A stretch of DNA of 64,000 nucleotides from Faecousia sp. (GTDB taxonomy: Bacteria > Bacillota > Clostridia > Oscillospirales > Oscillospiraceae), in assembly GCA_045647705.1 (NCBI GenBank), contig JAZRMP010000059.1:301-64300 (forward strand). The letters run 5' to 3'. Positions 46,998 through 55,972 of the stretch are shown piece by piece. Below the pieces are notes generated by a model. It was not told where the DNA came from and did not search any database. It saw only the letters and a program-made list of their open reading frames with translations. The translations under genes and the position numbers were made by a program. Position 1 is the first letter of the stretch. Each line of letters opens with the position of its first letter.

Positions 46998-47924
46998 ATG
47001 CCAATCGTAGATACGTCTGTACCCATCACTGCGGCAAGCTGTAATCGGATGATCTTGGAACTTGCAGAAACCTACCCCTTTATCCGCACAGAACTGCTGA
47101 CTGCCACAGCGTTTCAAAGACCCATCCGGACGCTTGTAATCGGCCGGGGTCCCCGGAAGGTCTTGTACACAGCTGCCCACCATGCCAATGAATGGATCAC
47201 CGCACTGGTCCTTTTACAATTTGCCGAGGAATTGGCGGAAGCGATCCGCACAGACGGCTCCGTGTTTGGAGTAGGTGCCCGACTGATCGATCAGACTGCC
47301 ACCATCTATATGGTGCCTATGGTAGATCCGGACGGGGTGGATCTGGTGGTCGGTGCCATCGGTCCGGGGGATATTCAGTATGATCTGGCGCAAAGGTTGG
47401 CGCAGGATTATCCGGCGATTCCCTTCCCGGAGGGGTGGAAGGCAAATTTGTTGGGGGTGGACTTGAATTTGCAGTACCCGGCAGGCTGGCTTCAGGCCCG
47501 TGAGATAAAATTCAGTCAGGGTTTCACGACCCCCGGTCCCCGGGATTATGTGGGAAGATCACCACTGGACCAGTTAGAAACCAAGGCACTGGCAGGCTAC
47601 ACAGAATTTCTGGATCCGGTTCTGGTATTGGCATATCATTCCCAGGGGAAGGAAATCTATTGGCAGTTCAAGGAGTATGAGGTTTCCGGTGCCCGGGAGT
47701 TGGGTGAGGAATTTGCCCGGGTCAGTGGGTACGAACTGACGGAGGTGGCGTTCAATTCCAGCTTTGCCGGGTATAAGGATTGGTTTATTCAGAGGTTTCG
47801 GAAACCCGGTTACACGATTGAAGTGGGCGTTGGGGAAAATCCTCTACCGCTTTCCCAGTTTGGGGAGATCTACCGGGATAATCTGGGGATTTTGGTAACT
47901 GCTGCATTGGGACTGCCACAGTAA
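46998..47924 (+). CDS. M14 zinc carboxypeptidase, gamma-D-glutamyl-meso-DAP peptidase-like
   Basis: HHANEW, PMVDPDG, WKAN..GVDLN, YHSQG, GYKDWF..GYTIE. Confidence 0.88.
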   Translation: MPIVDTSVPITAASCNRMILELAETYPFIRTELLTATAFQRPIRTLVIGRGPRKVLYTAAHHANEWITALVLLQFAEELAEAIRTDGSVFGVGARLIDQTATIYMVPMVDPDGVDLVVGAIGPGDIQYDLAQRLAQDYPAIPFPEGWKANLLGVDLNLQYPAGWLQAREIKFSQGFTTPGPRDYVGRSPLDQLETKALAGYTEFLDPVLVLAYHSQGKEIYWQFKEYEVSGARELGEEFARVSGYELTEVAFNSSFAGYKDWFIQRFRKPGYTIEVGVGENPLPLSQFGEIYRDNLGILVTAALGLPQ

Positions 47925-48048
47925 ATTTCAATTTGACGGTGCGTTTGATTATCCTATTTGTAGGGGCGTGCATTACACGTCCGCAACGGGCGACCACTGG
48001 TCGCCCTTACGATTTCTAAGGAACAATCACACCGATAAACAGGAATAT
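47923..48048. repeat. Miniature TIR element with GTAG REP doublet
   Basis: Left flank nearly identical to the 34036 copy; right flank matches the reverse complement of 55671-55707. Confidence 0.85.
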
Positions 48049-48110
48049 CTCTGCTAAAATTTTACAAAAAAGAGTTGACAAACCAGGGGGCCGGTGTTAT
48101 TATGTCTTAG

Positions 48111-48165
48111 AAGTTAGCGTAGGCTAATTATTGTTTTTATTTGTCGGTTAGCAAAGAGTAACCGA
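48111..48165. promoter_or_regulatory. Two GTTAG-N6-(C/G)TAA(C/T) palindromes, DtxR/MntR-like metal-repressor sites
   Basis: GTTAGCGTAGGCTAAT and GGTTAGCAAAGAGTAACC downstream of TTGACA-17-TATTAT; third copy at 48449-48472. Confidence 0.6.
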
Positions 48166-48194
48166 TGCAGTGATATTGGAACCGGGTGAAGAAT

Positions 48195-48410
48195 ATGAAT
48201 TTAACAATGGTGCAAGAGGGTCAGGAGTACATCGTTCAGAGAATTGAAACAGACGATGAGGAACTGAACGCATTCCTGTTTTCCCTGGGTTGTTACAGTG
48301 GTGAGCCGATTACCGTTGTCTCCCGCCGCAGAGGTGGCTGCACCGTGTCTATCAAAGACGGCAGATACAATATTGACAATCAGTTGGCAGAGGCCATTGT
48401 GGTAGCATAA
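48195..48410 (+). CDS. feoA: Ferrous iron transport protein A
   Basis: FL.SLG..GE.ITV..IKDGRY.ID..LA.AI; precedes feoB. Confidence 0.88.
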   Translation: MNLTMVQEGQEYIVQRIETDDEELNAFLFSLGCYSGEPITVVSRRRGGCTVSIKDGRYNIDNQLAEAIVVA

Positions 48411-48493
48411 TTTCAATGCTCCGAAAGCCAGCCGACTGTATTTTGTCTTCTAGTTAGCGGTAGGTAACTAGATATATTAGAGGAGGAAGAAAC

Positions 48494-50539
48494 GTGAGAA
48501 TTGCATTTGCGGGCAATCCTAACAGCGGTAAGACCACCATGTACAATGCATTGACCGGCTGTAATGAAAAGGTAGGCAACTGGGCGGGCGTTACCGTTGA
48601 CAAGAAAGAGGCTTTGATAAAAAAGGTGTATGCCGGTGAGATGGAACTGGTGGCTGTGGATCTGCCCGGAGCCTACTCCATGTCGCCTTTTACCTCGGAG
48701 GAGAGCATTACCAGTACCTATGTAAAGAACGAAAAGCCCGATGTAATTATCAATATCGTAGATGCTACCAATCTGAGCCGAAGCCTGTTTTTTACTACCC
48801 AGCTTTTGGAGTTGGGTGTTCCTACAGTGGTGGCACTGAACAAAGCAGACATCAATGAGAGGAAACATACCGAGATCGACGTAAATGCGCTGTCCATGAA
48901 GCTGGGCTGCCCGGTGGTGGAGACGGTTTCCACATCCTCTGACGGTCTAAAGGAACTGGTAGCTGCTGCCACGGGACTGGCAGGTAGGATCCACAGGGCA
49001 CCCTTTGTCCAGACCAATGTGGACTTAACGGACAAGAAGGCAGTAGAGGCGGCGGATCGAAAGAGATTCCAGTTTGTTAACAAGATTGTTGCGGAGGTGG
49101 AGACCCGCAAGGTTTTCACTAAGGACAGAAACTACCAGGACAAGATCGATGAGATACTAACCCACCCGGTTGTGGGGCTGCCTATTTTCGCAGTTGTCAT
49201 GTTCCTGGTTTTCCAGATCTCCCAGGCTTGGGTAGGTCCTTGGATCGCGGAGGGCTATGAATTTAAAAACGGCTTTGCGATCCCCGGTCTTGTTACCTTG
49301 ATCGATATGTTCAAGGAATGGGTGATTGCTCTGTTGGGCAGTGCCAATGCAAACCCCTTCCTCACTGCTCTGCTGACAGAAGGGATTATCGGCGGTGTCA
49401 GTGCCGTGGTAGGATTTTTGCCTTTGGTCATGGTTATGTACTTCCTGATTGCCTTGCTGGAGGACTGCGGCTATATGGCGCGGGCAACTGTGGTTTTGGA
49501 TCCTATTTTCAAGAAGGTAGGGCTGTCCGGCAAGTCTGTCATTCCTTTTGTAATTGGAACCGGATGTGCCATTCCGGGTGTTATGGCAGCACGAACGATC
49601 CGCAATGAGCGTGAGCGCAATGCCACCGCAATGCTGGCACCGTTTATGCCTTGCGGCGCAAAGCTGCCGGTGATTGCTTTGTTTGCCGGGGCATTTTTTG
49701 ACGAGGCAAGCTGGGTAGGTACGTTGATGTACTTTGTTGGTATCGGGCTGATCCTGTTGGGGGCTGTACTGGTCAACAACATTGCCGGCTACAAAAACCG
49801 CAAGTCCTTCTTTATTATGGAATTGCCCGAATATAAGCTGCCGTCCCTGAAGCGGGCTTGTATGTCCATGCTCAGCCGTGGATGGGCGTACATTGTTAAG
49901 GCAGGCACCATCATCCTGCTTTGCAATGCGGTAGTGTATATTATGCAGTCCTTTGACTGGAGCTTCCGGCTAGTGGAGGAAGGCATGGAGCACACCTCCA
50001 TTCTGGCATCTGTTGCCAATCCTATTGCAGCGGTGCTCTTACCTGTGGTCGGTGTTACTGCATGGCAGTTGGCTGCGGCTGCGGTTACCGGATTTATAGC
50101 GAAGGAAAATGTTGTAGGCACGCTGGCTGTCTGTTATGGTATCTCCAATCTGATCGACACCCATGAATTGGCACTGATGGAGGGTGCCGGTACAGAGGTA
50201 GCTGCGATTTTTGGCATCACCAAAGTGGCAGCGCTGGCATATTTAATGTTCAACCTGTTTACACCCCCCTGCTTTGCGGCAATGGGAGCTATGAATGCAG
50301 AAATCAGAGACCGCAAGTGGTTCTGGGGCGGCATTGCTTTACAGCTCGCTACCGGCTATACAGTAGGCTATCTGGTTTATACAGTGGGCACCTTAATCAC
50401 CGCGCCTGCAACGCTGAATGTGGCGGCGGCTTTGGGCGGTCTGGCTTTTGTAATTTTGTTTGCGTCGGTATTAACGAACCTGTGTGCCAACGCAGATAAG
50501 AAAGTGGAAAGGGAGTATGCCCTTAGCGGAAAGAAGTGA
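48494..50539 (+). CDS. feoB: Ferrous iron transport protein B
   Basis: GNPNSGKT, VGNWAGVTV, DLPG.YS, NK.D, LED.GYMAR, PFMPC.AKLP, ELP.Y. Confidence 0.96.
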   Translation: MRIAFAGNPNSGKTTMYNALTGCNEKVGNWAGVTVDKKEALIKKVYAGEMELVAVDLPGAYSMSPFTSEESITSTYVKNEKPDVIINIVDATNLSRSLFFTTQLLELGVPTVVALNKADINERKHTEIDVNALSMKLGCPVVETVSTSSDGLKELVAAATGLAGRIHRAPFVQTNVDLTDKKAVEAADRKRFQFVNKIVAEVETRKVFTKDRNYQDKIDEILTHPVVGLPIFAVVMFLVFQISQAWVGPWIAEGYEFKNGFAIPGLVTLIDMFKEWVIALLGSANANPFLTALLTEGIIGGVSAVVGFLPLVMVMYFLIALLEDCGYMARATVVLDPIFKKVGLSGKSVIPFVIGTGCAIPGVMAARTIRNERERNATAMLAPFMPCGAKLPVIALFAGAFFDEASWVGTLMYFVGIGLILLGAVLVNNIAGYKNRKSFFIMELPEYKLPSLKRACMSMLSRGWAYIVKAGTIILLCNAVVYIMQSFDWSFRLVEEGMEHTSILASVANPIAAVLLPVVGVTAWQLAAAAVTGFIAKENVVGTLAVCYGISNLIDTHELALMEGAGTEVAAIFGITKVAALAYLMFNLFTPPCFAAMGAMNAEIRDRKWFWGGIALQLATGYTVGYLVYTVGTLITAPATLNVAAALGGLAFVILFASVLTNLCANADKKVEREYALSGKK

Positions 50540-50543
50540 TGCT

Positions 50544-50711
50544 ATGAATCCTGTGGATATTATTGTTATCGCTGTGATCGCAGGTATCCTGGGACTTGCA
50601 GGCTGGTCTGTTCGGAAAGCCAAAAAAAGCGGCAAAAAATGTATCGGCTGCCCGGACGGAGGGAACTGCCCGGGAAACTGCGGTGGTTGTGGCTGTCAAA
50701 AGGAAGAATAA
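50544..50711 (+). CDS. FeoB-associated Cys-rich membrane protein
   Basis: TM helix then CIGC..C..CGGC.C. Confidence 0.8.
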   Translation: MNPVDIIVIAVIAGILGLAGWSVRKAKKSGKKCIGCPDGGNCPGNCGGCGCQKEE

Positions 50712-50834
50712 AAGAGGGGTACGCGCCTGTATTACAGGGGCGTACCCTTGCTGTTTAGGCAGGGATTGGATAGAATTACCTACAGTAAAAACCCGAAGCA
50801 CAGAGATTTTCCTGTGCTTCGGGTTTTGTGTAGC

Positions 50835-51989
50835 TTATTGGGAAAGCTCTTGCGCCAGCTTGCAGATCTGACTACGGCTTTCATCGCTGAGGGCGGAGAG
50901 GATCTTCACAGTGTTTTCCGCGAAGGTCAGATTCTTGCTGCCTTCCAGCATTTTGGACATTACTTTGGCGGCAGTCGGTGCCCAGGTGCCGTTTTCCATG
51001 AAGGCAACGGTGCGGTTCTGATAGTTTCGTTCGGTCAGATGATGGATAAACTCCTTCATAAAGGGGAAGATGTCAGCGTTATATGTTGTAGTGGCAAGTA
51101 CCAGCCGATCATAGCGGAAAGCGTCTTCTACCGCTTCAGCCATATCGTCCCGGGCCAGATCTGTAACCACAACCTTGGGGCAGCCCCGGGCTTCCAGCTC
51201 TTTTGCCAGCAGCTCCACAGCCTCCTTGGTGTGCCCGTAAACTGAGGTATAAGCAATGAGGACGCCTTCACTCTCAGGGCGATAGGAGGACCAGGTATCA
51301 TAAAGGTTTACATAATATAAAAGGTTTTCCGTTAGCACCGGTCCGTGGAGGGGGCAAATGATGGAAATGTCCAGACCGGCAGCCTTTTTCAGAAGTGCCT
51401 GCACCTGCGCACCATATTTACCCACAATACCAATGTAGTACCGACGTGCTTCACACGCCCAATCTTCCTGCACATCCAGCGCACCGAATTTACCGAAACC
51501 GTCGGCAGAGAACAGGACCTTGTCGAAGCTGTCGTATGTTACGATGACCTCAGGCCAGTGGACCATAGGCGCGGTAACAAAGGTCAGAATATGCTTTCCC
51601 AGACACAGTGTATCGCCCTCCCCAATCAGGATCCGGCGTTCGGCAAAGTCTGTTCCGAAAAACTGCTGCATCATGGCAAAAGCCTTTGCCGAGGAGACTA
51701 TCTTAGCGTCGGGATAGGCAGCCATAAAATTTGCAATATTTGCAGAGTGATCCGGCTCCATGTGCTGTACCACCAGATAATCCGGCGTTCTGCCGGCAAG
51801 AGCGATGCGGAGATTATCCAACCAGGGCTGGGTGAACTTCTGATCCACAGTGTCCATGACGGCGATCTTCTCGTCCAGAATTACGTAGGAATTGTACGCC
51901 ATGCCGTTGGGGACAACATACTGACCCTCAAACAGATCCACATCATGGTCGTTAACACCGATGTACTGAATGTCATTTGTAATATGCAT
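50835..51989 (-). CDS. fprA: Flavodiiron protein (FprA-type)
   Basis: FEGQY..YNSY, HMEPDH, HWPE, SAD.FG, PLHG, flavodoxin domain SVYGHT. Confidence 0.92.
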   Translation of the reverse strand: MHITNDIQYIGVNDHDVDLFEGQYVVPNGMAYNSYVILDEKIAVMDTVDQKFTQPWLDNLRIALAGRTPDYLVVQHMEPDHSANIANFMAAYPDAKIVSSAKAFAMMQQFFGTDFAERRILIGEGDTLCLGKHILTFVTAPMVHWPEVIVTYDSFDKVLFSADGFGKFGALDVQEDWACEARRYYIGIVGKYGAQVQALLKKAAGLDISIICPLHGPVLTENLLYYVNLYDTWSSYRPESEGVLIAYTSVYGHTKEAVELLAKELEARGCPKVVVTDLARDDMAEAVEDAFRYDRLVLATTTYNADIFPFMKEFIHHLTERNYQNRTVAFMENGTWAPTAAKVMSKMLEGSKNLTFAENTVKILSALSDESRSQICKLAQELSQ

Positions 51990-52151
51990 AAAGGAACTCC
52001 TTTCGATTCGTATAGTTAATTTATCATAAAATCCCGGATTTGTATACAGGAAAATCTAGAGTTTCCGTACTGCTTATTGTGGTGTTTTTCATCCTACCGC
52101 TAAGGCGAAAAAGAGAAACCCGGGAGAATCAGAGATCCTCCCGGGTGGGTT

Positions 52152-53567
52152 TTATCGGACAGAAACAGTGTCTTGCAGAGATTGCTTATGTGCATTTCTG
52201 ATTCGTCTGGTCATGGAGATGGCAATGGGAATTGCCGGGATCAGCGTCAGGACATCTGCTACGGCCTGCACAGAGGAAATGCCGTAAGCACCAAACAAAG
52301 AGGCTAAGGGGAACAAAATTGGGAGCATACAGGTGCCTTGTCGTGCAGTGGCAAGAATAAAGGCACCCTTGGCGTTGCCAAGGCCGGAGCAAAGCATATT
52401 TACAACCGCCACCCAAGCGTGGATTGGCAGGGCAATGCATTGCAGCCGGATGCTCAGGGCACCAAACTCCTGCATGGCTGGGTTTTCACCGGCAAAGGCA
52501 ATAATTACGGGATTTGCCAGTGCGGCGAGAAGAGCAGCCATAATCACAGCGCCCACCAGTGCTACTATCGAGGCAAAACGGTAGCTTGCCATTACCCGGT
52601 CAAAGCGGTTGGCACCCCAGTTAAAGCCTGCAACCGGTTGGAAACCGGTGCCAAAGCCTAGGATAATACTGAAGGGAAACATCATTACTTTCGTGGATAC
52701 ACCGATGCCGGCTAAAAGGGAGTCGGAGATATTTCCCGCCATCTTATTCAGCAAAATGCCGGCAACCACTGCCAGACCACTGCGGAACATGGAAGAAGAA
52801 CCGACACTGACAATTTGACCAATAATATCTTTGCTGATTTGAAAGTTGCGGATAGAAAGATGCAGAAGGCTTTTGCGGGTAATGTAGGGAAAAATAAGGA
52901 TAGCAAAGCTGACCCATTTGGAGATGGCGGTGGCAAGGGAGGCACCGGCTACCCCCATGGCGGGAATGCCCAGTGCCGGCACGCCTTGGATGAACAGGGG
53001 GTCGAGCAAACAGTTCAGAACACCGCCGAAGCCCATACCGATCATGGACAGCGTGGCACTGCCTTCGCTGCGCAGGCATTGGTTCATAACAAAGCTGGTA
53101 GCCATAAACGGTGCCGCCAGCAGAACATAGGAGGCGTAATCAATGGAATATTGCTCACAGGTCGGGGTAGCACCCAAAAGCCGTACCATGGGGGTCATAA
53201 AGACAGAGCCAAGGATTAACAGCAGCGTACCAATGGCAAATGCCAAAAAGAAAGAAGTAGACAGGACCTGACTTGCTTTTTTAGGGTTGCCACTGCCCAA
53301 CAGACGGGCAATATAGCTGTTGGCTCCCACAGCCAGCATAGAGCCACACATCATAATCAGTTGGTCAAGGGAGGCGTTGACGCTGACGGCGGCGGTAGCC
53401 TCCTCTCCCAGACCACTGACAAAATAAGTGTCGGCAAGGGAGTAAATGGAGTTAATTAGAAATGCAATAATGGTGGGGACGGCCATTTTGAAGATAACGG
53501 AGCCAATAGGGGCGTTGAGCATCAAATATTGCCGTTGCTCCTGACGGAGCGTATTGTCTTTTTTCAT
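52152..53567 (-). CDS. MATE-family efflux transporter
   Basis: A.P..Y..ADT.FV, LN..LDPLFI..GVAGA.LAT, G.QP..G.N.GA. Confidence 0.92.
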   Translation of the reverse strand: MKKDNTLRQEQRQYLMLNAPIGSVIFKMAVPTIIAFLINSIYSLADTYFVSGLGEEATAAVSVNASLDQLIMMCGSMLAVGANSYIARLLGSGNPKKASQVLSTSFFLAFAIGTLLLILGSVFMTPMVRLLGATPTCEQYSIDYASYVLLAAPFMATSFVMNQCLRSEGSATLSMIGMGFGGVLNCLLDPLFIQGVPALGIPAMGVAGASLATAISKWVSFAILIFPYITRKSLLHLSIRNFQISKDIIGQIVSVGSSSMFRSGLAVVAGILLNKMAGNISDSLLAGIGVSTKVMMFPFSIILGFGTGFQPVAGFNWGANRFDRVMASYRFASIVALVGAVIMAALLAALANPVIIAFAGENPAMQEFGALSIRLQCIALPIHAWVAVVNMLCSGLGNAKGAFILATARQGTCMLPILFPLASLFGAYGISSVQAVADVLTLIPAIPIAISMTRRIRNAHKQSLQDTVSVR

Positions 53568-53633
53568 AATCGCGCCTCTTTTTCTAGTATACCTCTATTA
53601 TAACAAGTTGTTTTTGGTTGGCAATAGATTGCT

Positions 53634-54086
53634 TTAAAAAACCAGAAAATACATAAGGCAAGCGTTGGTAATACCAATCAGAATCCCGGCAATTACCTGC
53701 AACGGTGTATGCCCCACCAGTTCCTTCAATTTTACTTCCGGCAGATCCTTTGCCTCCAGAATTTGAATAATTTCATTAAGCATAATGGATTGTTTTCCGG
53801 TCTCTTGGCGAACGCCCATGGCATCGTGGCATACGATCACCGCCAAAATAGCAGCAAGGGCAAATTGGGCAGAGCCAAAACCACAGAAAAGTCCGGTAAT
53901 TACCGCCAGACTGGATACAGTGGCACTGTGTCCACTGGGCATACCGCCGTCGCCAACAAGTCGCTCCCAGATAACCTTTTTATAGATACAGGCATTGATG
54001 ACCACTTTTAGCACTTGAGCAATGAACCAGGAAGAAAGACTTGTCAAAAGAAAAGGGTTAGTCAGCAGATCCCTCAGCCAATGCAT
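53634..54086 (-). CDS. Divergent PAP2-family protein (DUF212)
   Basis: GGMPSGHSA, DA.GVR..G, LKELVGHTP. Confidence 0.9.
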   Translation of the reverse strand: MHWLRDLLTNPFLLTSLSSWFIAQVLKVVINACIYKKVIWERLVGDGGMPSGHSATVSSLAVITGLFCGFGSAQFALAAILAVIVCHDAMGVRQETGKQSIMLNEIIQILEAKDLPEVKLKELVGHTPLQVIAGILIGITNACLMYFLVF

Positions 54087-54273
54087 AAACTTCACTCCAA
54101 ACATTTTTATAATGGTATTATACCCGGAAAAAAGCAAAGTGTAAAGATAAGAAATTTGTCTTGCAACTGTGGAAATCTTCCATTATAATGACTTGGGCGG
54201 AGCGGTGAATTTTCCGACCCGCATAAAATTGCGCTGCATCCGGGAGGTCCGGAGCGGCAGCAGGAGGTAAAAA

Positions 54274-54843
54274 ATGAATACGAAGACGAGAAACATGGTT
54301 GGACTGGCACTGTTCACTGCCATCGTGGTAGTCTTGCAGCTTTTGGCTGTAGGGCTGCGGGCGTTGGGGTTGTTTTCCATATCGCTGGTACTGGTACCCA
54401 TTGTGGTGGGTGCGGCAGTGTACGGATGGAAAGCCGGTGCCTGGCTGGGATTTTCCTTTGGCGTTGCGGTGCTCCTCAGCGGAGATGCGGCGGCGTTCCT
54501 GGCGATTGATGTGCTGGGAACGATCCTTGTGGTGCTGCTGAAAGGTACGCTCTGCGGTCTGATAGCAGGCATTGTGTACAAGCTTCTGGAAAAACGCAGC
54601 AAGCTGTTTGCTGTGATCGGGGCGGCGGTAGCTTGTCCGATCGCGAATACCGGCATATTCCTGCTGGGTTGCTATGTGTTCTTCCTGGAGACCATTACCG
54701 AATGGGCGGCGACCTATGGCTTTGCCAATGTAGGCGCATACATGGTATTCGGTCTGACCGGTGTGAACTTTTTGATTGAGCTGGGTGTAAATCTGGTGCT
54801 GGCACCGGTGATTCTCCGCTTAATAAAAATTGGTGGTAAATAA
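54274..54843 (+). CDS. ECF transporter S component, PanT-like
   Basis: Six-TM S-component pattern (LVPIVVGA..G..GA.LG..FG; NT..FL); upstream of coaX. Confidence 0.8.
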   Translation: MNTKTRNMVGLALFTAIVVVLQLLAVGLRALGLFSISLVLVPIVVGAAVYGWKAGAWLGFSFGVAVLLSGDAAAFLAIDVLGTILVVLLKGTLCGLIAGIVYKLLEKRSKLFAVIGAAVACPIANTGIFLLGCYVFFLETITEWAATYGFANVGAYMVFGLTGVNFLIELGVNLVLAPVILRLIKIGGK

Positions 54844-54856
54844 AGGAGGCAGCAAT

Positions 54857-55627
54857 ATGCTCCTTGCGATTGATATTGGCAATTCTAATGTTGTAATTGG
54901 CTGTCTGAATGAGAATAATGAGACGACCCACCTGTTCCGTATGGTTACGGATTTAAAGAAAACAGAGGATGAATATGCTGCCGGGATGAAAACCATTCTG
55001 GAATATAATAAAGTAGCATGTGAGGACTTTGAAGGCGCGATTATCTGCTCGGTGGTCCCGCCATTGACAGAGATTTTTCGGATTGCGGTGGAAAAGATCA
55101 TCGGGCGCAGAGCGTTGGTGGTGGGGGCAGGCGTCAAGACGGGTCTGAACATTATGATTGAGAATCCTGCCAGTCTGGGCAGCGATATTGTGGCTGCCAG
55201 CGTGGCAGCGATGGCGGATTTCCCACTGCCGGTAATCGTGTTTGATATGGGTACAGCCACTACAATTACAGTGGTGGACAAGGGAAATAAATTTATTGGC
55301 GGTGCCATTGTTCCCGGCGTTGTCCTTTCCATGAATGCCCTGTCTGCCGGCACATCCCTGCTCCAGAAGGTACCCATTGAGGCACCGGAGACTTGTATCC
55401 GCAGCACAACCACCGAGTGCATGCAAAGCGGTGCGGTCTATGGAAATGCGGCACTGGTGGATGGTATGATTGACCGGTTCGAGCAAGAGCTGGGTTGCAA
55501 GGCAAGCCTGGTGGCAACCGGGGGTATTGCCGCCAAAATTATACCCCACTGTAAGCACGACATTGTTTACGACGAGAACCTGCTTTTGCGGGGTCTGGGC
55601 ATCATTTACCGCAAGAATAAACGCTAA
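54857..55627 (+). CDS. coaX: Type III pantothenate kinase
   Basis: LAIDIGNS, SVVP, LGSD, DMGTATT, GG.I.PG, ATGG, L.L.GL. Confidence 0.95.
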   Translation: MLLAIDIGNSNVVIGCLNENNETTHLFRMVTDLKKTEDEYAAGMKTILEYNKVACEDFEGAIICSVVPPLTEIFRIAVEKIIGRRALVVGAGVKTGLNIMIENPASLGSDIVAASVAAMADFPLPVIVFDMGTATTITVVDKGNKFIGGAIVPGVVLSMNALSAGTSLLQKVPIEAPETCIRSTTTECMQSGAVYGNAALVDGMIDRFEQELGCKASLVATGGIAAKIIPHCKHDIVYDENLLLRGLGIIYRKNKR

Positions 55628-55670
55628 AAAGGAGGCTGCCAGTGGCAGCCTCTTTTGCGGTTAAAGCATA

Positions 55671-55878
55671 AAATTCCATTTATCGGTGTGCTTGTTCGTT
55701 AGAAATTGTAGGGGCGACCATTGGTCGTCCGCCCAATATTTTTGTAAAAACATTGGTTTTCAAAGAAAATCATGATTAGATTGCCGATGGCAATGTGATT
55801 TTGTTTTGCAAAATCACCGGACGTGCAATGCACGCCCCTACAAATAGGATAATCAAACGCACCGACAAATCGAAATCT
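55671..55878. repeat. Miniature TIR element with split REP doublet
   Basis: Reverse-oriented copy; REP arms 55708-55731 and 55818-55841 separated by an ~85-nt AT-rich spacer. Confidence 0.85.
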
Positions 55879-55972
55879 GACAAGCGGCTGGGGTTCGCCA
55901 AAAAAACAGTTGACTTCCCTAAAAAAACATGGGTATAATGGTCGTAAAGTTTGGAAAAGGCAAGGAAGCATT

